Shown here: positions 11,113-24,445 of the stretch, piece after piece | Layout of the letters: each line of letters opens with the position of its first letter | Position numbering within the stretch: position 1 is the stretch's first letter | Assembly: GCA_964016885.1 (NCBI GenBank) | Contig: OZ024742.1 | Coordinates: forward strand, 170,004,001 to 170,068,000 | Direction of reading: 5' to 3' | Origin: Eledone cirrhosa | Taxonomy: Eukaryota | Length of the DNA stretch: 64,000 nt | Made by a program: the position numbers and the translations under genes | The notes under the pieces: model-generated | The model's database searches: none | Seen by the model: only the letters and a program-made list of their open reading frames with translations | What the model was told of the DNA's origin: nothing

Positions 11113-11760
11113 AGGGCGGTGGATTGACAGTATCGGTAGAGGGTCGGACGCTATGCTTTGCAGCATAGAGTTACGGCTTTTTATGATCTGAGCTCAAATC
11201 CCGCCGAAGTTAACTTTGCCTTTCATCCTTATGGGGTCAATAAAATAAAGTACCAATCACGCACTGGGGTCGATTTAATCGACTTTCCCCTCCCTCCAAA
11301 TTACTGGCCTTGTGTCTATATAAGAAACCATTATTATAGAGCATACAAGGGCGACAGATTGCCAGTATCGGTAGTGTGCTGAACAAAATGCTTTGTGACA
11401 TATAGTTATGGCACTTACGTTCTGAGTTCAAATCTCACCAAGGTTAACTTTGCCTTTCATCCTTAGGGGGTTAAAAAATAAAGTACCAGTAACATACTGG
11501 TGTCGATTTAATCGACTTGCCCCCCCCCCCCCCCCCCCGAATTGTTGGACTTGTGCCTAAATCAGAAATCATTTTTATAGGCCATAGAGTTACGGCCATT
11601 TTTGTTCTGAGTTCAAATCCTGCCATGGTTAGCTTTACCTTTCGTCCTTACAAGGTTGATAAAATAAAGTACCAGTAGTACACTGGGGTTGATTTAATCA
11701 ACATTCTCCTTCCCCCAAATTGTTGGCCTTGTACCTAAATAAGAAACCATTGTTATTATT
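11113..11760 (+). mobile_element. Three tandem family-1 SINEs (long 3' form)
   Basis: Each has the B-box, the core and GGGGTCGATTTAATCGACT...CCCCAAATT. Confidence 0.88.
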
Positions 11761-13965
11761 TCTGCGCTAAAAAAATATTAGCTGATAATTGAATTGAATA
11801 ATCAGTTTCTAATTAAATTAGTGTCTTTTTTTTTATCATTAAAGTAGGTTTGGTTTTTATGGGCAAGATGTTTATTTTATTTATTTTGGTGCTCTATTAT
11901 CATCATCATCATGTCTACTTACTATGGTGGTATGAGTTGGATGGGACTTTTTGAGGCAATGTTACAGCCGGATGCCCTTCCTTATGATAACCCTTTTATT
12001 TGTCCCTTTACAACATGCAGAGATATAGTGTACCTGTTTCTAAAAACTGGGATACACGCAACAAGTAATTGAACAATCACTGTAGAATTTTTTTTTTTAG
12101 AATTTCTAACCAGCTTTGAGTTATATAAAAATAAAAGAATATCAAAAGTTAAAGTGATGATATTTTCTTTGTCTAATAAGTCCTTATCTAACAAGAGAGG
12201 AAATAATAGAGAAACATGGCATTTGATAATCCAGAAACTAACCAGAAACTTAGATGTGCTTGAAGTCCTATCAGTAAGCTTCACACTTTTTCCTCTTCCA
12301 ATCTGGTGCTTATAATGTATAAAACCATTATCCTGTGAGCTGTTACAGTTTTCTCTCTTCCTCTTATTCCAATGGCAGTGAGCATTCTCCATACAGATTG
12401 AGCTGGGAATCCCCTTCAGCTGACTTTGACTGGAAATAGCTATACCTGCCATCTTGGTACTTAGCACTCTTCCACTCAAGTAGAGAGAAGATAAGCTGGA
12501 AGCCAGGAAGAGATGGGCAGTGATTTGACTACCATTGCTGACTCTCTCCTCCCACTACAATTAGCCCCCCACCTCTGCCAGATCGTTTTACTGTGAGAAT
12601 GACTGTCAAATGAGAGAAATGTTTATATATAGAGAAGAATGAATACCCAACAGCATGTGTATGTTATGTTTTAAAAAGTATTTGAAATTGTTATATTGTG
12701 AGAATAACAATCAAAAGAAAGAAATGTTTATACTTAGGAAGAATGGCTACTGATTAGTGTTTGTATATTATTCTTTAGAACTTAACTTACTTGACCCCCA
12801 GTATTTCTATTATAGATCTCAAAATGTCTGTAGACCCTAGGTGTGAAACCATTGCCTTTAAAAGCTGGTGCTACAGCATGGCCACAGTCCAGTGACTAAA
12901 ACTAGTAAAAGAATAGAAAAGTATGTACAGAAACATGCTACATTAATTAGAATTTCTGTATTGCATAGGAATATCAGTATTGATTTGAAATGGATTGGCT
13001 TAACCAAATTATTCATGACCTATTGATTATTCTGCATTAAAGTCAAATTGATTTGTTTTACATGTTTCATATAGACAGTCAATTAGAGAATAGTGAGATA
13101 TTCCAATGTGAAATATTGCTTCTCCCTCTAAACCAATTGGTTTTCAATCAGCTTTACACATACATTTAACATTTCTAAATGGTCTTTCTTGTAGTTATCT
13201 AAACACATTCCACTTATTGTTTTCCATTTAAAGCTAGCTGGAAAGATTGATGGAAAATACTAATAATCTGTATTGATTAAGATTTTCTTTGTTTTCACTA
13301 TTTGCGTAAGATAATAGCTGTGAGTGCGCACACACTTTTGCACACACTTTCATATAAATTCTTTGCTTTGTTTAATTGCATCATTAGATTCATCATCACC
13401 ATTTTACAGTTTTACAGTTGCTTTTCTATGGTTGCATGGGTTGGACAGGTCCTTCCTTCATATTAACAATTTCTTTGTTTTCTCCTCTGTGAGGTTCATT
13501 GTTTTGAGATCCACTGAGTGCATGAGATTATTTTATGTACCATACTATTTTGATGTATAAGACACATGTAAGACAAAAACATTTGATATCAAAATCTGTC
13601 TGTGTCCTATACATTGAATGTATGAATATAAAAATGCAAATGAATACTATACAGAAACCATGTATAAGTGGAGCTAAATATTAACTTCTTTTCTGAAATA
13701 TTTTCCTTTAAAAAATATAATCAAATATATAGATGGAAAAATTAGCTTTTTAATTTGAATAATGTTAGGTGAAAATTTGTATAATCAAGGTCTATACATA
13801 CAAAATAACATATAGATATTTGCACATCTCCATCTTCAGAGGATTAAAAACATGTATTAAATTGAAGCAAACTATCTGAAATACAATTCCCACCTTACAC
13901 AGGATGGAGGACATCTCAAGTTTACCCATTGGCACAGCGAATGACTAAACATTAATATGAAAAAA

Positions 13966-14083
13966 TAATTGTTTCTACTTTAGGCACAAGGCCAGCAATT
14001 ACCCAGTACATTACTGGTACTTTATTTTATCGACCCCGTAAGGATGAAAGGCAAAGTTATCCTCGGCGGGATTTGAACTCAGA
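13966..14083 (-). mobile_element. 5'-truncated family-1 SINE
   Basis: Reverse complement of the SINE core and short tail. Confidence 0.85.
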
Positions 14084-14300
14084 TGAAAAAATAATGCAAT
14101 TTAAAAATATGGTACATGAATGTTTTTTAGCATTGTGTATTTAGAAGTGGCACTAACATAGCGTTGTTCATCACAGGGGTGTATATGAGGTAGTTGTGAC
14201 ATGATCATTGCTTTTTAAAAAATTCATAGCGAGACTCATATGTTTGTTATATATGTTTGTTATGCATAAACATATTGTATATGCTTTCATGTGCAACCCT

Positions 14301-15320
14301 GTGACACATTGTGTATATCCTGCACTGTATGCTTGTGACACATTGTGTATATCCTGCACTGTATCCTTGTGACACATTGTGTATATCCTGCACTGTATCC
14401 TTGTGACACATTGTGTATATCCTGCACTGTATCCTTGTGACACATTGTGTATATCCTGCACTGTATCCTTGTGACACATTGTGTATATCCTGCACTGTAT
14501 CCTTGTGACACATTGTGTATATCCTGCACTGTATCCTTGTGACACATTGTGTATATCCTGCACTGTATCCTTGTGACACATTGTGTATATCCTGCACTGT
14601 ATCCTTGTGACACATTGTGTATATCCTGCACTGTATCCTTGTGACACATTGTGTATATCCTGCACTGTATCCTTGTGACACATTGTGTATATCCTGCACT
14701 GTATCCTTGTGACACATTGTGTATATCCTGCACTGTATCCTTGTGACACATTGTGTATATCCTGCACTGTATCCTTGTGACACATTGTGTATATCCTGCA
14801 CTGTATCCTTGTGACACATTGTGTATATCCTGCACTGTATCCTTGTGACACATTGTGTATATCCTGCACTGTATCCTTGTGACACATTGTGTATATCCTG
14901 CACTGTATCCTTGTGACACATTGTGTATATCCTGCACTGTATCCTTGTGACACATTGTGTATATCCTGCACTGTATCCTTGTGACACATTGTGTATATCC
15001 TGCACTGTATCCTTGTGACACATTGTGTATATCCTGCACTGTATCCTTGTGACACATTGTGTATATCCTGCACTGTATGCTTGTGACACATTGTGTATAT
15101 CCTGCACTGTATCCTTGTGACACATTGTGTATATCCTGCACTGTATCCCTGTGACACATTGTGTATATCCTGCACTGTATCCTTGTGACACATTGTGTAT
15201 ATCCTGCACTGTATCCTTGTGACACATTGTGTATATCCTGCACTGTATCCTTGTGACACATTGTGTATATCCTGCACTGTATCCTTGTGACACATTGTGT
15301 ATATCCTGCACTGTATCCTT
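14301..15320. repeat. Minisatellite, 30 x 34 bp (GTGACACATTGTGTATATCCTGCACTGTATCCTT)
   Basis: Exact 34-bp period with about 3 variant positions. This period explains the three overlapping repetitive ORFs. Confidence 0.97.
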
Positions 15321-15996
15321 GTATGTGATTAAAATGGTTGGAATCTGGAACAGCACCTGGCTATAAAACTCTGTCTTAAAAATTCCAATGCAGGGTTGGA
15401 ATAAGTCTTTCTTATTTTTTTTATTTTTTTATTTTTAGGCCCTAAGCACTTAAAAGATTATGGTGCCTGCCATATATAAAGTCTGCAAAAAAATAAAAAG
15501 GCAAGGATGACAATGACAAATATATATAATTTGAATAAAATGGTGTCTCTCTTCCCTCGATGTCCAAAGCATGTGCATATTTTGTTTAATGGCTGCATGG
15601 AAAAGCAGACTTAATGAAGATGAGTGGTCTTGGTATGAAGGCTAGGGACACAGCCCCTTCCTTCAGATGAAGAGAGAAAAAGTAAACCAACACTGGCTCA
15701 CAAACTTAGTGTGCAAGGAGCTTACATAGTCTTCTCTGTTGTGAGATGAGCAGAGGATTTTTGTTGTGATTGTTGAGAACATAATTTCTGTTGTGAATGT
15801 GAGATGAGCAGGTAATTTCTGAAGTTCTTGAAATATGCAGTGTAGTGAGACTTTTCTAACTAATCATCTCTGCCTCTGTTCTCAACTCTACTGACTTTAA
15901 CTCCTAACACTCTGTAATGATCTAGTAGAAAATATCTATTGTTAATTCAAATGTTTATAGTATATTTACCATAGGACAGATTATAGTATATATACC

Positions 15997-16322
15997 ACAT
16001 GGCTTAGTGGTTAGAGCATTGGCCTTGCAATCAAAAGGTTGTGAGTTCAATTCTCAGACCGGGTGATGTGTTGTTTCCTTGAGCAAGACACTTTATTTCA
16101 CATTGCTCCAGTTTACTCAGCTGTAGAAATGAGATGATAGGGACTGGGGTTCATATCATTCCACTGCAAAGTGGTCGTGGAGGTGCCATGGCAAAAAAGC
16201 ACCCAGCACTCACTGTAAATGAGGTTGGTGTTAGGAAGGGCATCCAGCTGTAGAAATCAAGCCAGAATCAGTTCCCGTCCCACCCTTGCAAGCAGGGAAA
16301 AGCGGACGTAAAATGAAATGAT
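15997..16322 (+). mobile_element. tRNA-derived SINE (family 2) with an RTE-derived 3' tail
   Basis: Contains TGGCTTAGTGG (A box), GAGTTCAATTC (B box), CCTTGAGCAAGACACTT, and a tail matching the RTE 3' UTR at 31176-31340(-). Confidence 0.8.
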
Positions 16323-17420
16323 ATAAAGTTAACTAAAGATTTTAATTTTTAATGGGATAGTCATATTGCTTTTTTCAAGAATGTCTTGCTAATGAGGTTT
16401 CATCTGGATTGTTAATTCAAATATCTTTTATTAGTGGACAGATTGTGAAAATATGCAATATTAGAATATAAATTTCAATTCTAGAGCATCCAATTTTGTA
16501 TCAAATCTGCTTGAACCCTTTTTAAGTGACCAGAGCTGCAGTGGAAGACACTTGGCCAACATGCCATGCACATGATTGAACCCATAACCAACTGGTTGTG
16601 AAGCTAACTCCTTAACCATGCCTGCACCTATACTCTACACATGTGTTAAATAATATCGTTTGTCTTAGAATATTTGCTAAGAAACAACAGCTGGGTGTAA
16701 AGTAGTCAGCTTCCATTTTATGGAACATGGAGACGTAGACTGATACAGATAAGAAATTATGATAAAATTATGATGGAGCCTCTTTGTGTGTATGTGGAGG
16801 GTAAGCTGTCTGTGTGTGGATGGGTATCTGTGTGAATGTGTGTGTGTATGAGTGGGTATCTATGAGGATGTGTAAGTGTGCACATGCAGTTGTCTATTTG
16901 TGTGGATGTAGGGGTTGTTTGTGTGTGCACATGCAGTTGTCTGTGTGTGTGTGCATGTGGAGGTTGTCTGTGTATGTGGGTTGTTACCTCTGTGTGTGTA
17001 TGGACGGTTGCCTATGTTGGTATGGGGGTGGGTAGTTGTCTGTATGTGTGGTTGTCTGTGTAGATATGTGAGTGTGTGTGTGTGTGCACAGTTCTCTGTT
17101 CCTTTGTGTGGGGTGGGAGAATGTCTTTGTATGTGTGAGTGTGTGTATACTTGCACACAGGTGTATGTGTGGTGTGTGTGTGTGTGTGTGAGACGGAGGA
17201 GGAAATCTCATTCATCATTTCCAAGAAGCCCCTCTATTAATTGGTTTCCCTAAATGTGTATCTGTTGGTAGACTGTTGCTTGCTGCTGAATCTTCTCAAT
17301 CTGGAACTCATTTCCCCCACACACAACAGCCATAATTGCAGGGACATTCAATGATTTCTAGAAAATTCATTAGCCACTTTAGCAACTATAGGAAATTATT
17401 TTAAAATTAATTTTCAGTCA

Positions 17421-18170
17421 TTAACTCTTAACATCTTGTAATAATTCAGCAGAAAATGTCTAAAAGCAGGTTTGTTAATTCAAACATTTATAATATCTTT
17501 ACTAGCGGTTAGAGAATGTTGTGAACATTTGCATTACCCTATATTTACTATTGGAATTCATGGTAATGCTTTATCTCACATTATCTTAAGTGTACGAGAT
17601 TTTGATGTTGTTATTGTTTATTCTAAGAACGATATCTTAACATCAGTGTGAGCTGCTGGTTATGACCGGGTTTCAAAAAGGGAGTGAATTTTGGCCAGAT
17701 GCAGCCAATTTAAATGCTAAAGGGTTAATGTGATGCAGTCACAAACAATGTTGTTTTGTACTTTTCAAGAATGTCTTGTTAATGTGGTGTGTTAATTCAA
17801 ATGTTTATAGTATCTTTACTGGCTGACAGATTGTTCTGAACATTTGAAGTAAATTAAAATGAAGACTTCAATATTTTATATGATGTAGTTACAGTGCTGT
17901 TTTGTACTTTTCAAGAATGTCTTACTAATGTGGTTTCGTGTGGTTAATTCAAATATTTATAGAATCTTTACTAATAGACTGATTGTTGTGAACATTTACA
18001 GTATTAGAGTAAAGACTTCAATGTGATGCAGTCACTATTTTTTACTTTTCAAGAATGTCTTGCTAATGTGGTTTCATGGGATTTCTTAATTCAAATGCTT
18101 ATAGAATTTTTACTAATAGGCAGATCATTGTGAAAATTTCAGCATTAGAGTTATGACTACAATTTTTAAT
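17421..18170. mobile_element. TTAA MITE family C with internally reiterated segments and a nested family A piece (~17530-17728)
   Basis: Starts TTAACTCTTAACATCTTGTA. The segment TTTTCAAGAATGTCTTGCTAATGTGG...TTAATTCAAAT repeats. The nested piece ends TAAATGCTAAAGGGTTAA. Confidence 0.65.
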
Positions 18171-19384
18171 TAGGTGTGCAGGCATATAGGTACAAAATAT
18201 ATTTTTACTTTAAAGTTTGCTCTACTCAAGTAAAAAAAAAACAAAAACAAAGTTTTTATGTAAGAATATTATTGCTTTTAGAAATAGTGTTGTTTTTTTT
18301 ATGTAAATGGGAGCAATGTGGCTTAGGTTTTGTTTATTGTACCAATAATAATATATCCAATATCTTTTGGAGATTTTTATATCATGACAGGTATTGAAAG
18401 TTCTAGAATAGAATCCTTGGTTTGTGTATCTTGCGGTGGGGGTGGTGGTTCTTTAGAGTAAATAGATTACTGAACTTCGCTGTATTGTCTTTATATAAAT
18501 GTTAGATATTATAGGTGAAGGCAGAGAGAGAGAGAGGTGTATCTGTGTTAAATAGATGTGAAGAGGTGAAGAGAGAGGGAGATAGTAGATTTAGTTAGTT
18601 TATATAATTTGAGAGTTTATTTCGTTTCTAGGCTTGTTTAAAATATAATCCACTAAAGTATGTATTGTGAGTTATTGAACTTTAGCTAGAGGAATGTTCC
18701 ATGAAAAATTGGTAAAGTTTATATTACATTAGAAAATATCTTGTTTTGAATAGATCTGTAGTTGTTAATTTAACATGTCTATCATTTGTCATGTTTAACT
18801 CATAACGTCCTGTACCACATGAAACGATATTAGCAAGACATTCTTGAAAAGTACAAAACAACATTATAACTGCATCATGGTGAAAATTAAAGTCTGTATC
18901 TTTAACACTAACAATAATTTTTTCACAACTAGTAAAGATACAATAAGCATTTGAATTAACAAATCCACTTGTAGATATTTGTTGCTAAAAACCATTGAAG
19001 GGTGTTAAAAGTTAAGGGATGTGATTACTCTTGAAATTAAAAAAATCTTTAATATTAATTAAATTATTTCAATTAAGTTTTGATACCAAACTGCCTGAAA
19101 CTGTCTCTGGCTTTTGTTTTAAAGTTTTTATATTTATCTAAAATCTTCCATAATAATTTTATGTAAGAACATTTAAGTTATACTCCAAGCACTAGATCAA
19201 TAATAAGTTTGATTATTACTGAACCCTTCCAAATTATTGATTACTTTGAAAGCTATTTGAGAATTATATGCAGTCTTTCTCATTAAAAATATGTTAATGA
19301 AAGGGGTCATGTGTCACAAAAAATTATATTTTTAAAAGTGTATACCCATGATATGCACTTAAAAAAAAAAATTTTGTGACCCAT

Positions 19385-19642
19385 TACCCCTGGGCATGTG
19401 GTTAGAATGTCACAGGAAAGAATCGCTGGACAGATTTTATGGGCAAAACCAACTAGCAGGAGATTCAGGGTAGACCCTGAGCAAGATGGTTGGATAACAT
19501 CCAATCCATGAGCCTGGCTGGTCTCACTTGGAGATCCAGCTGGAGTAGTTGGAGATGGTTGCTTCTGACAGAACCCGCTAGGAGTGTTTGAGGGCTCTAC
19601 CCTCATGACCCTCTCAGGAATAAGTGGGCAAAGAAGAAGGAA
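19385..19642 (+). mobile_element. 3' end of a second RTE-like LINE family
   Basis: Translates as GHVVRMSQERIAGQILWAKP...RWLDNI; homologous to 38690-39060(-). Confidence 0.7.
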
Positions 19643-20074
19643 AAGTGTATAACGTAAAATGCTTGGAAAGCTCTGCTGTATAGTTTTATAATGTTATTTA
19701 TTCCCGGACATACATCAGTTAGCTTATATTTTTGCTTTTGTTAAATGGAATTTAATGAATAAATATATCAGCTATTTACCAAAGTGTTAGCCTAAGGCAA
19801 AAGCTTTTACTTCTTCACAAAAGCTTTAATGAAAATATCTGCATATCCATCCACTTATATAAATAACACATTCTTACACATTGTATTACCATTATTTCTG
19901 ACAACTGTGTGTACTGAGACTATTTACTTGTACCTACATTCGTTTTGATTAATGTCTGAGAGAAATCTATGTATATCTTTACTTCCCTGTATGTATATGT
20001 ATGTGTGTTTGTGCTACATTAACCTCTTTGATACCAAACCGCCTGGTTTTGTATTGCAAACCTGTTTGTTTTAA

Positions 20075-20281
20075 CCCTTTAGCATTTAAACTGGCTGTAT
20101 ACGGCCAGAATTCTCTCGCCTCTTTCTGCAAAACTGGCCATAACTAGCCATTCATACTTATGTTTAGGTATTGTTCTCAAAATTAATAACATCAAAATCT
20201 TGTAGATTCGACATTATGTGAGCTAAAGCCTTTACTGTGAAAATACAATAATGTGAATAGAGTAATGTAAATGCTAAAGGG
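20075..20281. mobile_element. piggyBac-like MITE (family A) nested in a family B MITE
   Basis: TTAA TSD at 20071-20074 and 20282-20285. Perfect 14-bp TIRs CCCTTTAGCATTTA / TAAATGCTAAAGGG. Confidence 0.88.
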
Positions 20282-20531
20282 TTAAAGTATTTATATTTGT
20301 CTAAAAACTTTCCATCATAATTTTATGTAAGAAACTTTGTTATGCCCCAAGCACCAGATAAATATTACTAAATCCATCAGAGCACAAATGACCAGAATGA
20401 ATATCACAAAGCATTCAATCTGATGATCTAATAACTTTGCCAAATTACTGCCATACAAGCATCAAATATCAGTCTTTCACAAGTTCATACTGTTGTCTAT
20501 TTAAAAGTGCCAACAATTTATTTAGGTGAAC

Positions 20532-20770
20532 TTAACCCTTTCATTACCATATATCTAATGGAATACACTGCATTGGAATTGATTAATGAAGGATTTGGAG
20601 GGATTTACTAAAATTGTTTCATTAATATGATTATATTTGTAACATAACTGAGCAAAATGGTTCTTATATAAAATTATGTTGGACAACATGAATTAGAAAT
20701 GCTTAAAATGAGTGTTTTTGTTTCTTAGAAACAGAGGTGGTTTTATCTGGGTTGGTATATGAAGAGTTAA
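20532..20770. mobile_element. piggyBac-like MITE (family B)
   Basis: Runs from TTAACCCTTTCATTACC to GGTATATGAAGAGTTAA. Further copies occur near 46864-47307, 51076-51333, 53621 and 58860-59200. Confidence 0.72.
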
Positions 20771-20896
20771 CACAAGTTATTACACTAAGACATAGAAACA
20801 GATGTGGTTTTAGCTAAGTTAACACCAGCTATTATATTGGGACAGAGAAACTGGTGGTTTTAACTGGATTAACTCAAACTATTACACTGATACGTT

Positions 20897-20928
<32 letters not shown>

Positions 20929-21620
20929 TAAACAGAGGTGGTTTTAGCTGGGCTGGTATGAGAAGGGTTAACAAGCTATCATACTGAGACATGGAAACAG
21001 AAGTGGTTTTAGCTGGGTTGGTATGGGGAGAGTTAGCACAAACTATTACACTGAGATATAGAAACAGGGGTGGTTTTAGTTAGGTTAATACAAACTATTA
21101 CACTGAGACATATAAACAGGGGTGGTTTTAATTGGGTTGGTATGAGGAGAGTTAGCACAAACTATTACACTGAGATATAGAAACAGGGGTGGTTTTAGTT
21201 AGGTTAATACAAACTATTACACTGAGACATATAAACAGGGGTGGTTTTAATTGGGTTGGTATGAGGAGAGTTAGCACAAACTATTACACTGAGATATAGA
21301 AACAGGGGTGGTTTTAGTTAGGTTAATACAAACTATTACACTGAGACATATAAACAGGGGTGGTTTTAATTGGGTTGGTATGAGGAGAGTTAGCACAAAC
21401 TATTACACTGAGATATAGAAACAGGGGTGGTTTTAGCTAGGTTAATACAAACTATTACACTGAGATATAGAAACAGAGGTGGTTTTAGCTAGGTTAATAC
21501 AAACTATTACACTGAGATATAGAAACGGGTGGTTTTAGTTGGGTTAACACAAGCTATTACACTGAGACATAGAAACAGGGGTGGTTTTAGCTAGGTTAAC
21601 ACCAGCTATTAAACCGAGAC
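20770..21620. repeat. Tandem array of 52-bp and 67-bp units forming a 119-bp higher-order repeat
   Basis: AGTTAGCACAAACTATTACACTGAG recurs at 21031, 21150, 21269 and 21388. Confidence 0.9.
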
Positions 21621-22064
21621 AATTACTTTCAATGCTACAAATTATTTTATCTTTTAACTGTGTTTTAAAATAACATTTTTTCTTCACTATTGTGTCTAAT
21701 AAAATTTCAGTTCTTTTTAAAAACTTCTTTATTAACTTTTCTTTAAATTTCAACATGAATCAGATTTTATTGAACCCCCCCCCCCCCCCCCCCTCCAACC
21801 TCCTGAACCTGAACTTTCTTTACAATGATCATAAAACACTGATAGAAAGAAAATAAATGTTCAAATGTTCATAAATTATTCAATTAATCAACAGGTTTTC
21901 TACAAAATCAAATTCTATTTTTTTTATCCTTGCTTTATAAGTAGATTTCTTTTTATTTATTTAGCTTTTTATTTATTTTTTCAAATTTCTTTATCTTAAT
22001 TTTTTAAAAATGAGAATGAGTTGTTAATGGTATAGTGAGAATTCTTCCAATTATTATTATTATT

Positions 22065-22760
22065 TGGCAGTCCCTTTACGATCTGAGTTCAAATCCCGCC
22101 GAGGTTGACTTTGCCTTTCATCCTTACGGGGTCAATAAAATAAAGTACCAACCAGTAATGCACTGGGTAATTGCTGGCCTTGTGCCTAAAGTAGAAACAA
22201 TTATTATTATTTGGCAGTATCGGCAGAGGGTCGGACGCCATGCTTTGACGTATAGAGTTACGGCTCCTGCCATTCTGAGTTCAAATGCCGCCGAGGTTAA
22301 CTTTGCCTTTCATCCTTACGGGGTCGATAAAATAAAGTACCAGTAATGCACTGGGTAATTGCTGGCCTTGTGCCAAACGTAGAAACAATTATTATTACTA
22401 TTATTATTATTATTATTATACGAGCGCCGAATTGACAGATGTCGCTAGGAGTGTCGGATACAATGCTTTGTGATATTTGTTCCGGCTCTCTAAGTTCAAA
22501 TCCCGTTGAGGTCAACTTTGGTTTTTCATTTAAAATAGGGTGGTGGATTGGCAGAATCGGTAGAGTCGGACACCATACTTTGCAGTATAGAGTTACAGTC
22601 CTTTACGGTCTGAGTTCAAATCTCGCCAAGGCTAACTTTGCCTTTCATCCTTCCATCGTCGATAAAATAAAGTACCAGTCATGCACTGGGGTCGATTTAA
22701 TCGACTTTCCCCTCCCCCAAAATTGCTGGCCTTGTGCCTATATAAGAAACCATTATTATT
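22065..22760 (+). mobile_element. Cluster of four family-1 SINEs
   Basis: B-box and core motifs separated by (ATT)n tails. Confidence 0.87.
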
Positions 22761-22847
22761 GGTTTTGTTTACATTGGATGTCTACGTGTAAGTTTGTTGT
22801 TCTTCACCTGTTATAAAAACCTGTTTTGCTTCAAGTTTAGAATATTT

Positions 22848-24445
22848 CTAGTGTTGGTGCCACACATGACTCTGCCCAGTGCTAGTGTCACACATTACAC
22901 TCTCCCTACTGTTGGTGCCACACATGACACTCTCCCTAGTGTTGGTGTCACACATGACACTCTCCCTAGTGCTGGTGCCACACATGACACTCTCCCTAGT
23001 GCTGGTGCCACACATGACACTCTCCCTAGTGCTGGTGCCACACATGACACTCTCCCTAGTGCTGGTGTCACACAAGACACTCTCCCTAGTGCTGGTGTCA
23101 CACATTACTCTCCCTAGTGCTGGTGTCACACATTACACTCTCCCTAGTGCTGGTGCCACACATTACACTCTCCCTAGTGCTGGTGCCACACATTACACTC
23201 TCCCTAGTGCTGGTGCCACACAAGACACTCTCCCTAGTGCTGGTGTCACACAAGACACTCTCCCTAGTGCTGGTGTCACACAAGACACTCTCCCTAGTGC
23301 TGGTGTCACACAAGACACTCTCCCTAGTGCTGGTGCCACACATTACACTCTCCCTAGTGCTGGTGCCACACATTACACTCTCCCTACTGTTGGTGCCACA
23401 CATGACTCTGCCCAGTGCTAGTGTCACACATTACACTCTCCCTACTGTTGGTGCCACACATGACACTCTCCCTAGTGTTGGTGTCACACATGACACTCTC
23501 CCTAGTGCTGGTGCCACACATGACACTCTCCCTAGTGCTGGTGCCACACATGACACTCTCCCTAGTGCTGGTGTCACACAAGACACTCTCCCTAGTGCTG
23601 GTGTCACACATTACACTCTCCCTAGTGCTGGTGTCACACATTACACTCTCCCTAGTGCTGGTGCCACACATTACACTCTCCCTAGTGCTGGTGCCACACA
23701 TTACACTCTCCCTAGTGCTGGTGCCACACAAGACACTCTCCCTAGTGCTGGTGTCACACAAGACACTCTCCCTAGTGCTGGTGTCACACAAGACACTCTC
23801 CCTAGTGCTGGTGTCACACAAGACACTCTCCCTAGTGCTGGTGCCACACATTACACTCTCCCTAGTGCTGGTACCACACATTACACTCTCCCTAGTGCTG
23901 GTACCACACATGACACTCTCCCTAGTGCTGGTGCCACACATGACACTCTCCCTAGTGCTTGTGTCACACAAGACACTCTCCCTAGTGCTGGTGCCATGCA
24001 TGACACTCTCCTTAGTGCTGGTGTCACAGACGACACTCTCCCTAGTGCTGGTGTCACACAAGACACTCTCCCTAGTGCTGGTGTCACACAAGACACTCTC
24101 CCTAGTGCTGGTGCCACACATTACACTCTCCCTAGTGCTGGTGCCACACATGACACTCTCCCTAGTGCTGGTGCCACACATGACACTCTCCCTAGTGCTG
24201 GTGCCACACATGACACTCTCCCTAGTGCTTGTGTCACACATTACACTCCCCCTAGTACTTGTGTCACACAAGACACTCCCCCTAGTGCTTGTGTCACACA
24301 AGACACTCCCCCTAGTACTGGTGTCACATGGCACTCTCCCTAGTGCTGGTGCCATGCATGACACTCTCCTTAGTGCTGGTGTCACAGACGACACTCTCCC
24401 TAGTGCTGGTGTCACACATGACACTCTCCCTAGTGCTAGTGCCAT
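22848..24445. repeat. Variant-unit minisatellite, ~53 x 30 bp (CTAGTGCTGGTGYCACACAWKACACTCTCC)
   Basis: 30-bp period. The block starting at 22861 is duplicated at +536 (23397). Confidence 0.96.

Noticed and set aside
11982-12479. 165-aa ORF as a host gene
   Set aside because: Non-ATG start, no recognisable domain, and it runs into AT-rich sequence.
14171-15356. Three 324-374 aa ORFs, or a CRISPR array
   Set aside because: A pure 34-bp tandem repeat with no spacers and no cas genes; the ORFs are a by-product of a stop-free unit.
15997-16070. tRNA gene
   Set aside because: A and B boxes are present, but there is no acceptor stem and the sequence continues into a SINE body.
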